The translations under genes were made by a program, and so were the position numbers. This document shows, in pieces, positions 52,214-61,677 of a DNA stretch of 64,000 nucleotides. The stretch is from positions 6,196-70,195 of the forward strand of contig CAWJRV010000005.1 of the NCBI GenBank assembly GCA_963845355.1. The letters run 5' to 3'. How positions within the stretch are numbered: the stretch's first letter is position 1; every line of letters begins with the position of its first letter. The DNA comes from an uncultured Actinomycetes bacterium. GTDB taxonomy: Bacteria; Actinomycetota; Thermoleophilia; UBA2241. The notes beneath the pieces are model-generated. The model worked only from the letters and a program-made list of their open reading frames with translations, was not told the origin of the DNA and did no database searches.

Positions 52214-52557
52214 GTGGGCGACGCGCCGACGCTTCCGGCGCCCAGCGGCGATCGTCGCGGGGCGCTCGTCGCGACCGCCGTGACGATCGTCTTCTCGGCC
52301 TCGCGTCCCCTGAGGTTCCGGGCGTGGTCGCCTACCTGGCGAGGACCCACGCGCCCGCCCGCACGCCGGCTGTGCTCGTGGTCGACGCTCTCTGTCTGAT
52401 CCCGCCGCTCGCCGTGATCATCGCCTTCTTCTGACTGGGCGAGCGGCCCACGGCGCTCGAGCTGTGCGGCGGCCTGGTGACCGTGGCCGGGGTCGCCCTT
52501 GTTGGGCTGCGAGGCGTGTCCGCCGACCGTGGCGGCGGGGAGCGATCGGCAGTATAA
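52214..52557 (+). pseudogene. EamA/DMT-family transporter remnant (internal deletion, frameshift, nonsense codon)
   Basis: First helix DRRGALVATAVTIVFSAS, then in another frame PGVVAYLA...LIPPLAVIIAFF*LGERPTALELCGGLVTVAGVALV, with TGA at 52432-52434. Confidence 0.75.
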
Positions 52558-52575
52558 TGATTATCCTATCATGAT
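52553..52575 (+). promoter_or_regulatory. TATAAT -10 box within an AT-rich, Fur-box-like stretch upstream of the DUF47 gene
   Basis: TATAATGATTATCCTATCATGAT in a very GC-rich background. Confidence 0.5.
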
Positions 52576-52655
52576 GGTAGTAAGTCGGCGGGGTCCGTGC
52601 CCCTCGCTCTGAGAAAGCCGCGGACCAGCGCTGGCGACCGAGAGGGTGAACGCGT

Positions 52656-53297
52656 TTGAGGACACCGCGGGCCCGTCGAGCGGCCCTGGGCCTCGGGGGA
52701 GACGTTCCCGGGCTCATCGCGATCCTCGACCGGCAGCTCGGCGAGACCATCGCCGCCTGCCGGCTGGCGCGCCGGGTGGCGGAGGGCGAGCTCGACCCGG
52801 GCAGGGCTCACGAGCAGATCGCCGCGATCGAGCATCGCGGCGACCTTCTCAGAGGCGAGCTCGTGACCAGGCTTGCCGGTGTGCCGGAGTCTCCCATCGA
52901 CCGCGAAGACCTCTTCAGGCTGTCGCGTTCGATCGACGACGTGCTCGACAATCTGCGCGACTTCGTGCGCGAGTGGGACCTGTACAAGATCGAGCCCGCC
53001 GAAGGCTACGTCGACCTCCTCGACTCGACCGAATGCGGGGTCTCCGACCTGAAGCTGGCGGTCAAGACGATCGCGCGCGACCCCAAAGAGACGGGTCAGG
53101 CCGCACTCCTTTCCAAGAAATCGGCGAACGAGATCCGCCGCCTGTATGACGTCGAGCTGGGCAGGCTGTTCAGCGGCGAGCTCAGCATGGATGTCCTCAA
53201 GTGCCGCGAGCTGCTGCGGCGGCTCGATGTGGTCGGCCTGCGGTTGAACGAGGCTGCCGACGTGCTCGCGGACGCCGCCGTCAAGCATCGGACCTGA
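52656..53297 (+). CDS. DUF47 (PhoU-like / Pit accessory) protein
   Basis: IEHRGDLLR and SPIDREDLFRLSRSIDDVLD; all-helical; start uncertain. Confidence 0.85.
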   Translation: MRTPRARRAALGLGGDVPGLIAILDRQLGETIAACRLARRVAEGELDPGRAHEQIAAIEHRGDLLRGELVTRLAGVPESPIDREDLFRLSRSIDDVLDNLRDFVREWDLYKIEPAEGYVDLLDSTECGVSDLKLAVKTIARDPKETGQAALLSKKSANEIRRLYDVELGRLFSGELSMDVLKCRELLRRLDVVGLRLNEAADVLADAAVKHRT

Positions 53298-53538
53298 GAG
53301 GGCGCGGGCGGCACCCGATGCGCCCACATCGACCCTTAACCGCGATCTCATCTGCCGCTCATACGGCTCTGCGAGAATCCGGCTCCGACGCGGGGAAGGC
53401 GGAGTATGGCAGTTCATCGTTGCCCTGCCTGCGACGGCTGTGATAAGAACAGCTTAGGCATGGGGCCTGGGGGGTTGCCCAGATCCCTGCAGCTTGGGCT
53501 TTGACCGTATCCACGGCATTGGCGCAGGAGGATGGACG

Positions 53539-54747
53539 ATGAGTGAAGACAGGCTTCCAGGCAAAGACTCCGAGAAATCCGGCCTCACCCGGCGGCAGTT
53601 CGTCGAGCGTGGCGCGATCGGCGCTGTCGGGCTGGCCAGCCTCGGCGCCGTCCCCGCGCTGCTGAGCGCCTGCGGGAGCTCGTCATCAGGCGGCAGCTCG
53701 TCTCCCACGCCGACTGCGCTGGCGACGGCTCTGCCCAGTGGTGGCCTCTCCGCCCTCGAGACGGCCGCCAAGGCCGAGGGCCAGCTCAACGTCATCGCCC
53801 TGCCGCCCAACTGGGCCAACTACGGCAAGATCATCAGCACCTTCCAGAGCAAGTACGGCATCACCGTCAACAGCGCCAACCCCAACGGCACATCCGCCCA
53901 GGAGAACCAGGCGCTCGTCACCCTCAAGGGCCAGTCGCGCGCGCCCGACGTGGTCGACGTCGGTCCGTCGTTTGCCGCCCAGGGCATGAGCCAGGGCCTC
54001 TACGCTCCCTACTTCGTGGCCACGTGGGCTACGATCCCCGACTCCATGAAGGACCCCGCCGGCCACTGGTACGGCGACTACTACGGCGTGATCTCGTTCG
54101 GCACCAACGGGAACGTTCAGAAGACCCCGCCCAAGGACTGGCCCGACCTGCTCCACTCGATCTACCACGGCCAAGTGGCCATCGACGGCGACCCGCGCTC
54201 GGCCAACGACGCCTTCTCGGCGGTCTACGCCGCGGCTCTGGCCAACGGCGGCTCGCTCGACGACATCACGCCCGGCATCGACTTCTTCGCCAAGCTCAAG
54301 AAGGCCGGAAACTACATCCCTGCCGACGCCCTGCCGGCCAACATCTCCAAGGGCTCGACACCGATCGCCATCATCTGGGACTACCTGAACCTGGCCAACA
54401 AGCAGCAGTTCGCCGGCAATCCGCCCTACACGGTGTCGATCCCCAAGAGCGGCGTCTACGGCGGCTTCTACTGCCAGGCGATCAGCGCCACGGCACCGCA
54501 CCCGAACGCCGCCCGCCTCTGGCAGGAGTTCATCTACTCAGACGAGGGCCAGCTCCTCTATCTCGAGGGCTTCACGCACCCGGCGCGTTTCGCCGACATG
54601 GCCAAGCGCAACGTCATCCCGGCCTCGGTGATGGCGGCCATGCCGCCGGCGGCCTCCTACGCGAACATCCAGTTCGCCTCTCAGGACCAGATCGCGGCCG
54701 CGACCAAGGTCGTCACCGACCAGTGGGGAACGAAGGTCGCGGGCTAG
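53539..54747 (+). CDS. ABC transporter substrate-binding lipoprotein (PotD/AfuA/Fbp-like, Tat signal)
   Basis: LTRRQFVE twin-arginine motif, lipobox LSAC, NVIALPPNWANYG, PDVVDVG and APHPNAARLW; AGGAGG Shine-Dalgarno. Confidence 0.9.
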   Translation: MSEDRLPGKDSEKSGLTRRQFVERGAIGAVGLASLGAVPALLSACGSSSSGGSSSPTPTALATALPSGGLSALETAAKAEGQLNVIALPPNWANYGKIISTFQSKYGITVNSANPNGTSAQENQALVTLKGQSRAPDVVDVGPSFAAQGMSQGLYAPYFVATWATIPDSMKDPAGHWYGDYYGVISFGTNGNVQKTPPKDWPDLLHSIYHGQVAIDGDPRSANDAFSAVYAAALANGGSLDDITPGIDFFAKLKKAGNYIPADALPANISKGSTPIAIIWDYLNLANKQQFAGNPPYTVSIPKSGVYGGFYCQAISATAPHPNAARLWQEFIYSDEGQLLYLEGFTHPARFADMAKRNVIPASVMAAMPPAASYANIQFASQDQIAAATKVVTDQWGTKVAG

Positions 54748-54800
54748 GGCCGACAACACCGGCGCGTGCGCGATTACTACGACCCGCGGGCTGCGTGTGT

Positions 54801-55778
54801 ATGACGAGCGGCGACGTGCCACAGGATAGGGACGCGGTCTCGAGCGACACGCTCGAGACCGCGTCCCCCCTCGAAGCCCGCGCCCCGGTACTGACGCCCG
54901 AACCGTCGGCCAGGCGACGGCGGGCGCGAATAAGCCGGCGCGGGCTGCTCACGTGGGCGGGTGTCGTGCCGTTCTTCGCCTACGCGGCCTTCTTCCTGCT
55001 GATCCCCGTGGTCGTGCTGGTGTTCAAGACGTTCACGAGCGAAGGCGGAGGGTTCACGCTCGAAAACGTGAAGGCCCTTGCCTCGGGCCAGTACAGGGTC
55101 GCGTTCGTCGCCAGCATCGAAGTCAGCGTGATCAGCGCCATCGGCGGCGGCCTGTTCGGCCTGTTTGTCGCCTACGCGGCCGTCCACGGCCGCGGACCGC
55201 GCTTCATCCAGCCGCTGCTCACCACGTTCTGCGGGGTGGCGTCGAACTTCGCCGGCATCCCGCTGGCCTTCGCCTTCATCGCCACGCTCGGTCCGACGGG
55301 TGTGGTGACCGTGCTGCTCGCCGACCTCGGCCTGCACATCTATCCGCACTTCACGATCTTCAGCCTGATCGGTCTTTCGCTCGTCTACATATACTTCCAG
55401 CTCCCGCTCATGATCCTGGTCATCGCCCCCTCGCTCGAGGGGCTGCGCGTCGAGTGGCGCGAAGCCGCCGACAACCTCGGCGCCACGCAGTCGCAGTACT
55501 GGTGGCACGTGGGTCTGCCGGTGCTGCTGCCCAGCCTCGCCGGCGCCATGGTCCTGCTGTTCGGCAACGCCTTCAGCGCCTACGCCACGCCGTACGCCCT
55601 GGCGAGCGGCGGCATCACCCTGGTGCCGATCCTCATCGGCTCGGTCCTGTCGGGCAACGTGGTGATCACCAACCCGCGGCTCGGCGACTCGCTGGCCTTC
55701 GGCATGATCGTCATCGTCGGCATCACCATCCTCGCCTACGTGCTCCTGCAGCGGAGGGCGGCGAAGTGGCTCCAATAG
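54801..55778 (+). CDS. ABC transporter permease (PotB-like)
   Basis: Six TMs and EAA loop EWREAADNLGA. Confidence 0.9.
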   Translation: MTSGDVPQDRDAVSSDTLETASPLEARAPVLTPEPSARRRRARISRRGLLTWAGVVPFFAYAAFFLLIPVVVLVFKTFTSEGGGFTLENVKALASGQYRVAFVASIEVSVISAIGGGLFGLFVAYAAVHGRGPRFIQPLLTTFCGVASNFAGIPLAFAFIATLGPTGVVTVLLADLGLHIYPHFTIFSLIGLSLVYIYFQLPLMILVIAPSLEGLRVEWREAADNLGATQSQYWWHVGLPVLLPSLAGAMVLLFGNAFSAYATPYALASGGITLVPILIGSVLSGNVVITNPRLGDSLAFGMIVIVGITILAYVLLQRRAAKWLQ

Positions 55779-56635
55779 AGGGTTCGATAGCACCGACGAT
55801 GGCCGGCCAGGAGGTCACCCGGCATCCGCAGCGCAAGAAGGCTCGCAAGCGCCGCGTGTCGTTCTGGACCTGGTTCTGGCTCATCATGGCGGCCCTGTAT
55901 TTCCTGGTGCCGCTCTACTCGACCCTGCAGTTCAGCCTCGAGACCGGCCAGCACAGTTACGGCTTCAAGTGGTACTCGCAGATCTTCGCCGACCCCGCGT
56001 TCCGCACGAGCTTTCTCTTCTCACTGCGTCTGGCGATCGAGACCGTCATCATCGGACTTGTCCTCATGGTGCCCACGGTTTACTGGGTGCACCTGCGTCT
56101 GCCCCAGTTGCGGCCGGTCATGGACGTGGTCTCGATCCTGCCGTTCGTCGTGCCGCCGGTCGCGCTGGTGGTGGGTCTCTCGGGCGTCTTCAACGTCCTG
56201 CCCTGGTTGCTCAGCAACTCGCAGATCCTGGCCTTCATCTACGTGATCCTGGCCCTGCCGTTCACCTACCGCTCACTCGACGCCGGCATGCGGGCGATCA
56301 ACGTGAAGACGCTGACCGAGGCGGCGCAGAGCGTCGGCGCGCCGGGCTGGAAGACCCTCGTGTTCGTGATCCTGCCCAACATCCGCACGGCCATGCTCTC
56401 CGGTGCGTTTCTGACGCTGGCGATCGTCATGGGCGAGTACACGATCTCGAGCCTGTTGCTGTTCAACACCTTCGCGGTCTATATCTATTATATTGGTAAT
56501 ACAGAGGCACAACCGGCCGCCGCCCTGGCCATCATCAGCTTCACCCTCACCTGGGGGGCGATGATGGGACTCTTCTTGCTGTCCCGGCGGCGTGGCCGGG
56601 CGAGCAGTCCAGGCGTGACGGCGGTCAGCCGGTGA
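55766..56635 (+). CDS. ABC transporter permease (PotC-like)
   Basis: Six TMs and EAA loop LTEAAQSVGA; GTG after GGAGGG (alternative ATG at 55799). Confidence 0.9.
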   Translation: MAPIEGSIAPTMAGQEVTRHPQRKKARKRRVSFWTWFWLIMAALYFLVPLYSTLQFSLETGQHSYGFKWYSQIFADPAFRTSFLFSLRLAIETVIIGLVLMVPTVYWVHLRLPQLRPVMDVVSILPFVVPPVALVVGLSGVFNVLPWLLSNSQILAFIYVILALPFTYRSLDAGMRAINVKTLTEAAQSVGAPGWKTLVFVILPNIRTAMLSGAFLTLAIVMGEYTISSLLLFNTFAVYIYYIGNTEAQPAAALAIISFTLTWGAMMGLFLLSRRRGRASSPGVTAVSR

Positions 56636-56647
56636 GGAGCGAGAAGC

Positions 56648-57715
56648 ATGGCGAGGCTTGATCTGCGAGGCATCCGCAAGGAGTTCGGCGAGACGACCGC
56701 GCTGGCTGAACTCTCGCTCGAGGTCGAGTCGGGTGAGCTCGTCTCGTTGCTCGGGCCCAGCGGCTGCGGCAAGACCACGGCGCTGCGCATCGTCGCCGGG
56801 TTCGAACAGCCGACTCGCGGCGAGCTGCTCGTCGACGGCAGCGACGTCACCCCGGTGCCGGCCAGCAAGCGCAACATGGGGATGGTGTTCCAGGCCTACA
56901 GCCTGTTCCCGAACATGACCGCCCGCCAGAACGTCGAGTTCGGGCTGCGCATGCGCAAGGTCGCACGCGACAAATGCCGCGCTCGGGCCGGAGAGCTGCT
57001 CGAGCTTGTCGGCCTGGCGGCGCGCGCCGACAACTACCCGCACGAACTCTCGGGCGGTCAACAGCAGCGCGTGGCGCTGGCGCGGGCCCTGGCCATCGAG
57101 CCTGCCATCCTGCTGCTCGACGAGCCGCTGTCGGCGCTCGACGCGAAGGTGCGCGTCGACTTGCGCCAGCAGATCAGGCGCGTCCAGCAGCGGCTGGGCA
57201 TCACTACGCTCTATGTCACCCACGACCAGGAAGAGGCGCTGTCGATCTCCGACCGCATCGCCGTCATGTCCGAGGGCGTCCTCGAGCAGGTCGGCGCGCC
57301 GGCCGAGATCTACCGCAGCCCGCGCTCCGAGTTCGTCGCCAACTTCGTCGGCCTGATGAACGGCTTCGACGGCCGGGTACAGGCGCCGAACCTGGTCGTG
57401 GTCGGCGCCTCCGAGCGTCCGATCGGCGTGGTCGAGGGACACGGCTGCGCCGCAGGCGACCGGGTGCTGGTGCTGATCCGTCCCGAGTCTGTCGGTCTCG
57501 AGGAGATCGCCGACGGCGCGGCCCCGCCCGACGGAGTGCTCGAGGGCAAGGTCGTGATGCACACCTTCCTGGGCTCGGTCACCCGCGTGAACCTGACCTC
57601 CGACCTCGGCGATCTCGTGGCCGACGTTCCCAGTCTGCGGGCGCTGACCCTGCCGCCCGGCACGCGCGTTGGGGTGCGCGTCGATCCGGTCGGCGTGCGA
57701 CTGCTCGCGCGCTGA
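56648..57715 (+). CDS. ABC transporter ATP-binding protein (PotA-like, TOBE domain)
   Basis: GPSGCGKTT, LSGGQQQRVALARAL, LLDEPLSALD and VTHDQEEA. Confidence 0.93.
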   Translation: MARLDLRGIRKEFGETTALAELSLEVESGELVSLLGPSGCGKTTALRIVAGFEQPTRGELLVDGSDVTPVPASKRNMGMVFQAYSLFPNMTARQNVEFGLRMRKVARDKCRARAGELLELVGLAARADNYPHELSGGQQQRVALARALAIEPAILLLDEPLSALDAKVRVDLRQQIRRVQQRLGITTLYVTHDQEEALSISDRIAVMSEGVLEQVGAPAEIYRSPRSEFVANFVGLMNGFDGRVQAPNLVVVGASERPIGVVEGHGCAAGDRVLVLIRPESVGLEEIADGAAPPDGVLEGKVVMHTFLGSVTRVNLTSDLGDLVADVPSLRALTLPPGTRVGVRVDPVGVRLLAR

Positions 57716-57754
57716 CCCGCAGGCTGCTCATGCGCTGATCCGCAGGCTGCCCGC
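57709..57754 (+). repeat. 23-bp tandem duplication including the stop codon of the ABC ATPase gene
   Basis: GCGCTGACCCGCAGGCTGCTCAT / GCGCTGATCCGCAGGCTGCCCGC. Confidence 0.75.
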
Positions 57755-57847
57755 GCACACATCCGTTGCGGACTCGGGCATCGGTCGCGGCAGGCCGCGT
57801 CTCGCGCCGGCGCCGGTGCGGCGACGGCCTCGCGGAGCTCGCCGCGG

Positions 57848-57876
57848 TTGAAACATCAGACGTCTGATGTTATCGT
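57848..57876 (+). promoter_or_regulatory. Sigma70 promoter with a perfect 20-bp palindromic operator filling the spacer
   Basis: TTGAAA (57848-57853), 17-bp spacer, TATCGT (57871-57876); palindrome AACATCAGACGTCTGATGTT at 57852-57871. Confidence 0.85.
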
Positions 57877-57954
57877 CAGTCGTCGTCACGAGACGGCGAC
57901 GAGGCGCGCCGTCGAGCCCCGACCCCGTCGACTTTCGCGGAGGTACTTCCGTCC

Positions 57955-59376
57955 ATGACCGACCTGTTCGACCTCGGCGCGCTGCGGCGCCGACTCGCAG
58001 AGGCGCCCGAGGCCGCGAGGCTCGAGCCACTGGGCTTGCAGACGGTCGTTCTCGGAGACGACGCCCTGGCGGCCCTGCCCCGCATCGTCGCCCAGCTTGC
58101 CGCCTCGCGCGGACGCCCGGGCCCCGTCGCCATCCTTTCCGGCCCGACCCCGAAGCTCTATCGCGCGACCGATCTGCTGGGCTTCGTCACCGAGACCCTC
58201 GCGGCACGGTCCGCCGTGCGCAGCGTCACGCTCGGGACGTCGGGCCGTCCCGTGCACGCCGACGAGGAGACCCTGGCCAGGGCCACCCGCGACTGCGAGG
58301 GCGCCGGCTGTCTTGTGGCGGTCGGCTCAGGGACCGTTACCGACATCGGCAAGGTCGTCGCGGCGGCGCACGGTATGGGCTACGTCGTCGTGCAGACCGC
58401 CAACAGCGTCAACGGCTTCGCCGACGATCGCTCCGTGCTGCTGGTCAACGGCGTGAAGCGCACCACGCCGACGACATGGGCCGACGCCCTGGTGATCGAC
58501 ACCGACGTCCTCGTCGCGGCCCCCGTCGAGATGAACGTTTCCGGCTTCGCCGACCTGATCGCCACCTTCACGGCGCCGGCCGACTGGTATCTGGCCACCC
58601 TGCTCGACATGGACGACACGTATTCGCCGACGGTCGTCGCGCTGGCTCGCGAGCAGGGACCGGCGCTGCTCGCGGCCGCGCCCCGCGTGCTGGGCGCCGA
58701 CCGCGCGGCGCTGGCCCAGGTCGCCGCGACCCTCACGCTGAGCGGCATCTCGATGGGTGTCGCCGGCACCACGGCCCCCTGCTCGGGCATGGAGCACACC
58801 GTCGCCCATCTGCTCGAGATGGCGACCATGCGAAGCCGGCCGCGAGGCGGCTCTGCACGGCGCCCAGGTGGGTGCCAGCAGCGTCGATCGCCGCGCTGCT
58901 CTGGCGGCGTGTCCTGGACGAGCTGGCCGACGGCGGGCTCTCGCGCGTCCGGGTGCCCGACGCGACCGAAGCCGAGGCCGGCGTGCGGGCAGCCTTCCTG
59001 CACGTCGATCCCAGCGGCGCCATGGGTGAGGAATGCTGGCGCGATTACGCGCGCAAGCTCGCGCGCTGGGCCGCCGCCGGCGAGCGCGTCGCGGCGGTGG
59101 CGCGCGACTGGGCGACCCACGACCGTATCCTGCGCGACCTGCTCGCCGGGCCCGAGGCGCTCGTGACGGCCTTGCGCGCCGCCGCCGCCCCGGTGCTGTT
59201 CTCCGAGGTGACGCCTCCGGCCGACGAGGCCACCGCGCGCTGGGCGGTCGCGAGCTGCCATCTGATGCGCGACCGCTTCTCGGTGGCCGACATGGCCTGC
59301 TTTCTGGGGATCTGGGACGCCGCCTGCGTCGACGAGCTCCTGTCGCGATGCCGCCGCCCTCGGGGGCGCCGTATGA
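57955..59376 (+). pseudogene. sn-glycerol-1-phosphate dehydrogenase (AraM/EgsA family) with three 1-bp insertions (real or assembly errors)
   Basis: AVGSGTVTDIGK, QTANSVNGFA, SGFADL, APADW and PCSGMEHTVAHLLEM, then LHGAQVG in a second frame and MRDRFSVAD in a third; shifts near 58833, 58885 and 59346. Confidence 0.8.
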
Positions 59377-60197
59377 CCAGCCGGCCCACGCGGATCTATC
59401 CCGGGTATGCCTTCGACCTGGACGGCACGGTGTACCTGGGCGACGCCCTGCTGCCCGGCGCGGCCGAGACGATCACCACCATCCGGCGTGCCGGCTCGCG
59501 CGTCGTGTTTGTGACCAACAAGCCGCTCCAGACCGCCGACGACTATGCACGCAAGCTGACCCGCCTCGGCATAGCCACGGCGCGCGCCGACGTGGTGACG
59601 TCGGTCGACGCGCTGGTCGACTACCTCGGCCGTGAGCATCCCGGCGAGACCGTCCTTGCGGTAGCCGAGCAGTCGACCATCGACGAGATCCGCGGGGCCG
59701 GCTTCGCGGTGACCAGAGACCCGCGCCGCACGCAGGTCGTGGTCGTCTCCTTCGACCGCACCTTCGACTACGAGAAGCTGAACGCCGCCTTCCGGGCGGT
59801 GTACTACCACGGCGCCACCATCGTCGCCACCAACCCCGATCCGTACTGTCCGACGCCCGAGGGCGGGTTGCCCGATTGCGCGGCCATGCTGGCGGCCATC
59901 GAAGCCTGCACGGGAGCCAGGGCCGAGGCGGTGGTCGGCAAGCCGAGCATCCACATGGCGCGCGCCCTGCTGGGTCGGCTCGGTCTGCCCGCCCGCGACG
60001 TCGTCCTCACCGGCGACCGTCTGCTCACCGACGTCGCCATGGCCCTGTCGCTCGGCATGACCGGCGTCCTCACGCTGACGGGGGCGACCCCCGCCGGCAG
60101 CGTCGCCGGCTCCGCGGTCGCGCCCGATTTCGTGATCGACGGGCTCGCCCAGCTTCTGCCCGAAGGCTCTGCCGCCCACCAGGAGGTCCCGCGGTGA
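59373..60197 (+). CDS. HAD-IIA phosphatase (NagD/AraL-like)
   Basis: FDLDGTVY, FVTN, ATNPDPYCP, VVGKPS and GDRLLTDV. Confidence 0.9.
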   Translation: MTSRPTRIYPGYAFDLDGTVYLGDALLPGAAETITTIRRAGSRVVFVTNKPLQTADDYARKLTRLGIATARADVVTSVDALVDYLGREHPGETVLAVAEQSTIDEIRGAGFAVTRDPRRTQVVVVSFDRTFDYEKLNAAFRAVYYHGATIVATNPDPYCPTPEGGLPDCAAMLAAIEACTGARAEAVVGKPSIHMARALLGRLGLPARDVVLTGDRLLTDVAMALSLGMTGVLTLTGATPAGSVAGSAVAPDFVIDGLAQLLPEGSAAHQEVPR

Positions 60198-60880
60198 ACT
60201 TCATCTTCATGCTGACCCACAACGACAGCACCGTCCCGGCTGCCGCCAGGGTCTACGAGAGCCTGCGCGGTACCGCGCTCCACTACGTCGGTTTCAAGGA
60301 CATCGGGGCGACTCCCGACGAGCTTGCCGTCGTAGCCGAGAAAGCCCACGCCGATGGCCTCGAGGTCATGCTCGAGGTCGTGTCGACCTCGCGCGAGTCG
60401 GAGATCGCGTCGCTGCAAGCGGGGCGCGACATCGGCGTCGACTGGATCCTGGGCGGCACGCACGCCGGCGAGGGCGTGCGTATCATGGCGGGCAGCGGCA
60501 TCAAGTACTGCCCGTTCCCGGGTCGCATCGACGGTCACCCCAGCGTCCTGCTGGGCAGCATCGCCGAGATCAGCCAGGGCGCCCGCGACCTGTCGGCCCT
60601 GGACGGCGTCTACGGTCTCGATCTGCTCGCGTATCGCAGTCCCGGGGAGGACCCCATCGCCCTGACCCGCGACGTCGTGGTCGCCTCGCCCGGGCCGGTG
60701 ATCGTAGCCGGCTCGATCGCAACACCTGAGCAGATCCGTCTCGTCGCCGGAGCGGGGGCGTGGGGGTTCACGATCGGTGGCGCGATCTTCGAGGGGCGTC
60801 TGCCCGGCGCGCCCGACCTGGCCGGCCAGATCAGTGAGGTCCTGAACATCACGGCGGCCGCCACGGCGGTTCGCGACTAG
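60194..60880 (+). CDS. Uncharacterised ribulose-phosphate-binding-type TIM-barrel protein
   Basis: Alternating beta/alpha pattern; VGFKDIG, LEVVS, VIVAGSI and GFTIGGAIF (phosphate-binding end); GTGA overlap and AGGAGG Shine-Dalgarno. Confidence 0.72.
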   Translation: MNFIFMLTHNDSTVPAAARVYESLRGTALHYVGFKDIGATPDELAVVAEKAHADGLEVMLEVVSTSRESEIASLQAGRDIGVDWILGGTHAGEGVRIMAGSGIKYCPFPGRIDGHPSVLLGSIAEISQGARDLSALDGVYGLDLLAYRSPGEDPIALTRDVVVASPGPVIVAGSIATPEQIRLVAGAGAWGFTIGGAIFEGRLPGAPDLAGQISEVLNITAAATAVRD

Positions 60881-60889
60881 GGCCGGGGC

Positions 60890-61639
60890 ATGGACAGGAA
60901 GCCTCGCGCGAAGCTGCCCGACCGAGTGCGCGACGCGCTGCTCGGCGACCTGTTCTCGGGCGTCTATATCGCCGGCGACCGGCTCCCCAACGAAGACGAG
61001 CTGGCCGCTCGCTTCGAGGTCAGCAGAGCGACCATCCGCGAAGCCGTACGTGGGCTCGTCGAGGCCGGGTATCTGGTGCGCCGTCATGGCACCGGTACCT
61101 TCGTGACGGCGCTGCCGCGCCACCGTCACACACTGAACCGCAACCTGAGCTACATGGCCATGATCCGCGAAGCCGGGCTCGAACCGGGACGCAGGCTGAT
61201 CCGCCACCTGGTCCGCGTGGCGACGAGCGACGAGGCGGCCGCGCTTTCGATCGCTCCCACGGACTCCGTGCTCTTCGTCGAGCGGATCCGCACCGCCGAC
61301 GGCCGGCCGGTCGTGTACTCGACCGACCGCATCTCCACGGCCTTGCTCGGCGACGCCGTCGAGCGTGTCGCCGATTCGTCGTCGCTGTACGTGTTGCTCG
61401 AGCAGGCCCACGCCGAGGTGCGCAGCGCGCTTGCGACCCTGCATCCCGTGGTCGCCGACGCGCGCCTGGCGCGCCTGCTCGACGTTCAGGTCGGCGCTCC
61501 CCTGCAGCAGATCGAACAGGTGGACTTCGACGAGCTCGGACGACCCGTGATGCTCTCTTCGGAGTGGCATGTACCCGACGTCTTCGAGCTTGCCGTGAAC
61601 CGCGTGAGTGACGCGCCGGCCGGTCGTGCCGGTGCCTGA
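60890..61639 (+). CDS. GntR-family regulator with UTRA domain (HutC type)
   Basis: GDRLPNEDELAARFEVSRATIREAV...GTGTFV and ERIRTADGRPV. Confidence 0.93.
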   Translation: MDRKPRAKLPDRVRDALLGDLFSGVYIAGDRLPNEDELAARFEVSRATIREAVRGLVEAGYLVRRHGTGTFVTALPRHRHTLNRNLSYMAMIREAGLEPGRRLIRHLVRVATSDEAAALSIAPTDSVLFVERIRTADGRPVVYSTDRISTALLGDAVERVADSSSLYVLLEQAHAEVRSALATLHPVVADARLARLLDVQVGAPLQQIEQVDFDELGRPVMLSSEWHVPDVFELAVNRVSDAPAGRAGA

Positions 61640-61677
61640 ATCGCCGCGACAGATGCGGCGTAGGACACGGAGGTCGC

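Noticed and set aside
52432-52434. In-frame TGA as selenocysteine or Trp recoding
   Set aside because: It lies in a deleted, frameshifted remnant, and TGA is used as a normal stop throughout the window.
53298-53538. Possible riboswitch in the leader of the ABC binding protein (also 442-748 and 51325-51620)
   Set aside because: No conserved riboswitch core recognised by eye; an Infernal/Rfam scan would be needed.
57867-60197. 776-aa ORF as a natural dehydrogenase-HAD fusion
   Set aside because: It is a product of frameshifts; the HAD has its own ATG at 59373 overlapping the restored stop codon.
57955-60880. Archaeal-type ether lipid biosynthesis cluster
   Set aside because: No recognisable GGGP synthase/PcrB motifs and no UbiA-type DGGGP synthase or CarS; the context (importer, GntR, GlpD) looks catabolic.
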